In this document: positions 63,481 through 64,000 of the stretch, piece after piece
How positions within the stretch are numbered: the stretch's first letter is position 1
Layout: every line of letters starts with the position of its first letter
Source: a bacterium
GTDB taxonomy: Bacteria; Bacillota_I; Bacilli_A; RFN20; DUOZ01
Assembly: GCA_012838555.1 (NCBI GenBank)
Contig: DUOZ01000115.1
Location: 2,226-66,225 of the forward strand
Reading direction: 5' to 3'
Length of the DNA: 64,000 nt
Made by a program: the position numbers and the translations under genes
The notes under the pieces: model-generated
The model's input: the letters and a program-made list of their open reading frames with translations, nothing else
Databases searched by the model: none
Told to the model about the DNA's origin: nothing

Positions 63481-64000
63481 ATGAAAAAAAGAAGTTTCAT
63501 GAATAAGCTCATAATGGGCTTTGATAACAAAAAGAACTTAAAACCTAAAAATCGCTTTGAAGTTTTTAAGTTGATGTTTTATGAATCACCACTTAAACTT
63601 GTTTTACTGTCCTTTTCTATTTTTATATCAACTCTACCTTTAGTTATTTTATTAGTAAGTAAAGATATTTATATAATGTATGGAGATGCAAGTATTAAAG
63701 ATAATCCTTATGGCTTATTTTTAATTAACTTTTTTACATACACTATATCAATACCTTTAATTATTATTGTTTTTGTTAACCTAGGTGGAGTTTTTTATGT
63801 TATTAAAAAAATGGCATGGGATGAAACTCTAGATTTTAAATTTGATTATAAAGATGGAATTAAAAAATCATTAAAAGAGAGTGTTTTATTAGGATTAATT
63901 CTTGGATTATCAATCGATGTAATGATGACTAATTTATATTTTTTACGATTAGATTTAGGTTTTGATCCAATTATTACTACAATTATGACTTATTTATCAA
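63481..64000 (+). CDS. Membrane protein, partial at window end (DUF624/YesL-like?)
   Basis: The reading frame is open from the ATG at 63481 to the window end, more than 173 codons. The N-terminus MGFDNKK is followed by hydrophobic helices. Its position after sugar-utilisation genes resembles YesL-like proteins. Confidence 0.35.
   Translation, partial: MKKRSFMNKLIMGFDNKKNLKPKNRFEVFKLMFYESPLKLVLLSFSIFISTLPLVILLVSKDIYIMYGDASIKDNPYGLFLINFFTYTISIPLIIIVFVNLGGVFYVIKKMAWDETLDFKFDYKDGIKKSLKESVLLGLILGLSIDVMMTNLYFLRLDLGFDPIITTIMTYLS

Overview
This is a 64-kb chromosomal window from a low-GC (about 29% GC) Firmicutes/Mollicutes-like bacterium. It uses the standard genetic code, since TGA terminates full-length genes. 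It encodes many lipoproteins and several fused NBD-permease ABC proteins. Gene density is high, with 56 supported CDSs and no rRNA, tRNA or CRISPR arrays. A suggestion for the lineage is Erysipelotrichia or an Acholeplasma-like group, but this is inference only.

Main blocks, in order:
- (a) A pectin/hexuronate module at the 5' edge. It contains a truncated GH28 polygalacturonase, a short CdaR-type HTH protein, eda, kdgK and a GntR regulator.
- (b) Assorted housekeeping genes: an M29 aminopeptidase, methyltransferases, a HAD hydrolase and a DegV protein.
- (c) A tightly packed nine-gene minus-strand operon. It holds two paralogous MacB-architecture ABC proteins, LemA, DUF2207, an MsbA-like exporter, an EEP phosphoesterase, a methyltransferase and a VOC protein.
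- (d) A six-gene C1-folate operon: a COG2509-like flavoprotein, an FTCD/FchA-like cyclodeaminase, fhs, folD, an MscS channel and a DUF951 protein.
- (e) A LytTR module next to an IS30 transposase remnant.
- (f) gdhA, an esterase, and a four-gene operon of unknown membrane proteins.
- (g) lacZ-like GH2, then pcrA-ligA-gatCAB, DUF554, a tandem DegV duplication, a DUF1836-like gene and a metallophosphoesterase.
- (h) A roughly 15-kb fructan-utilisation locus.

The fructan locus is the most interesting part. It holds a CUT1-type ABC importer, three GH32 lipoproteins, a standalone lipoprotein built from four CBM-like modules, a LacI regulator, a fructokinase and a DUF624-like protein. Two of the GH32 paralogues carry Glu instead of the canonical Asp nucleophile (WMNEP) and have an N-terminal LamG-like domain. 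A perfect 18-bp palindromic operator and a cre-like site precede the locus.

Several rho-independent terminators, sigma-A-like promoters and an unusual tripartite 19-bp repeat upstream of degV are also annotated.
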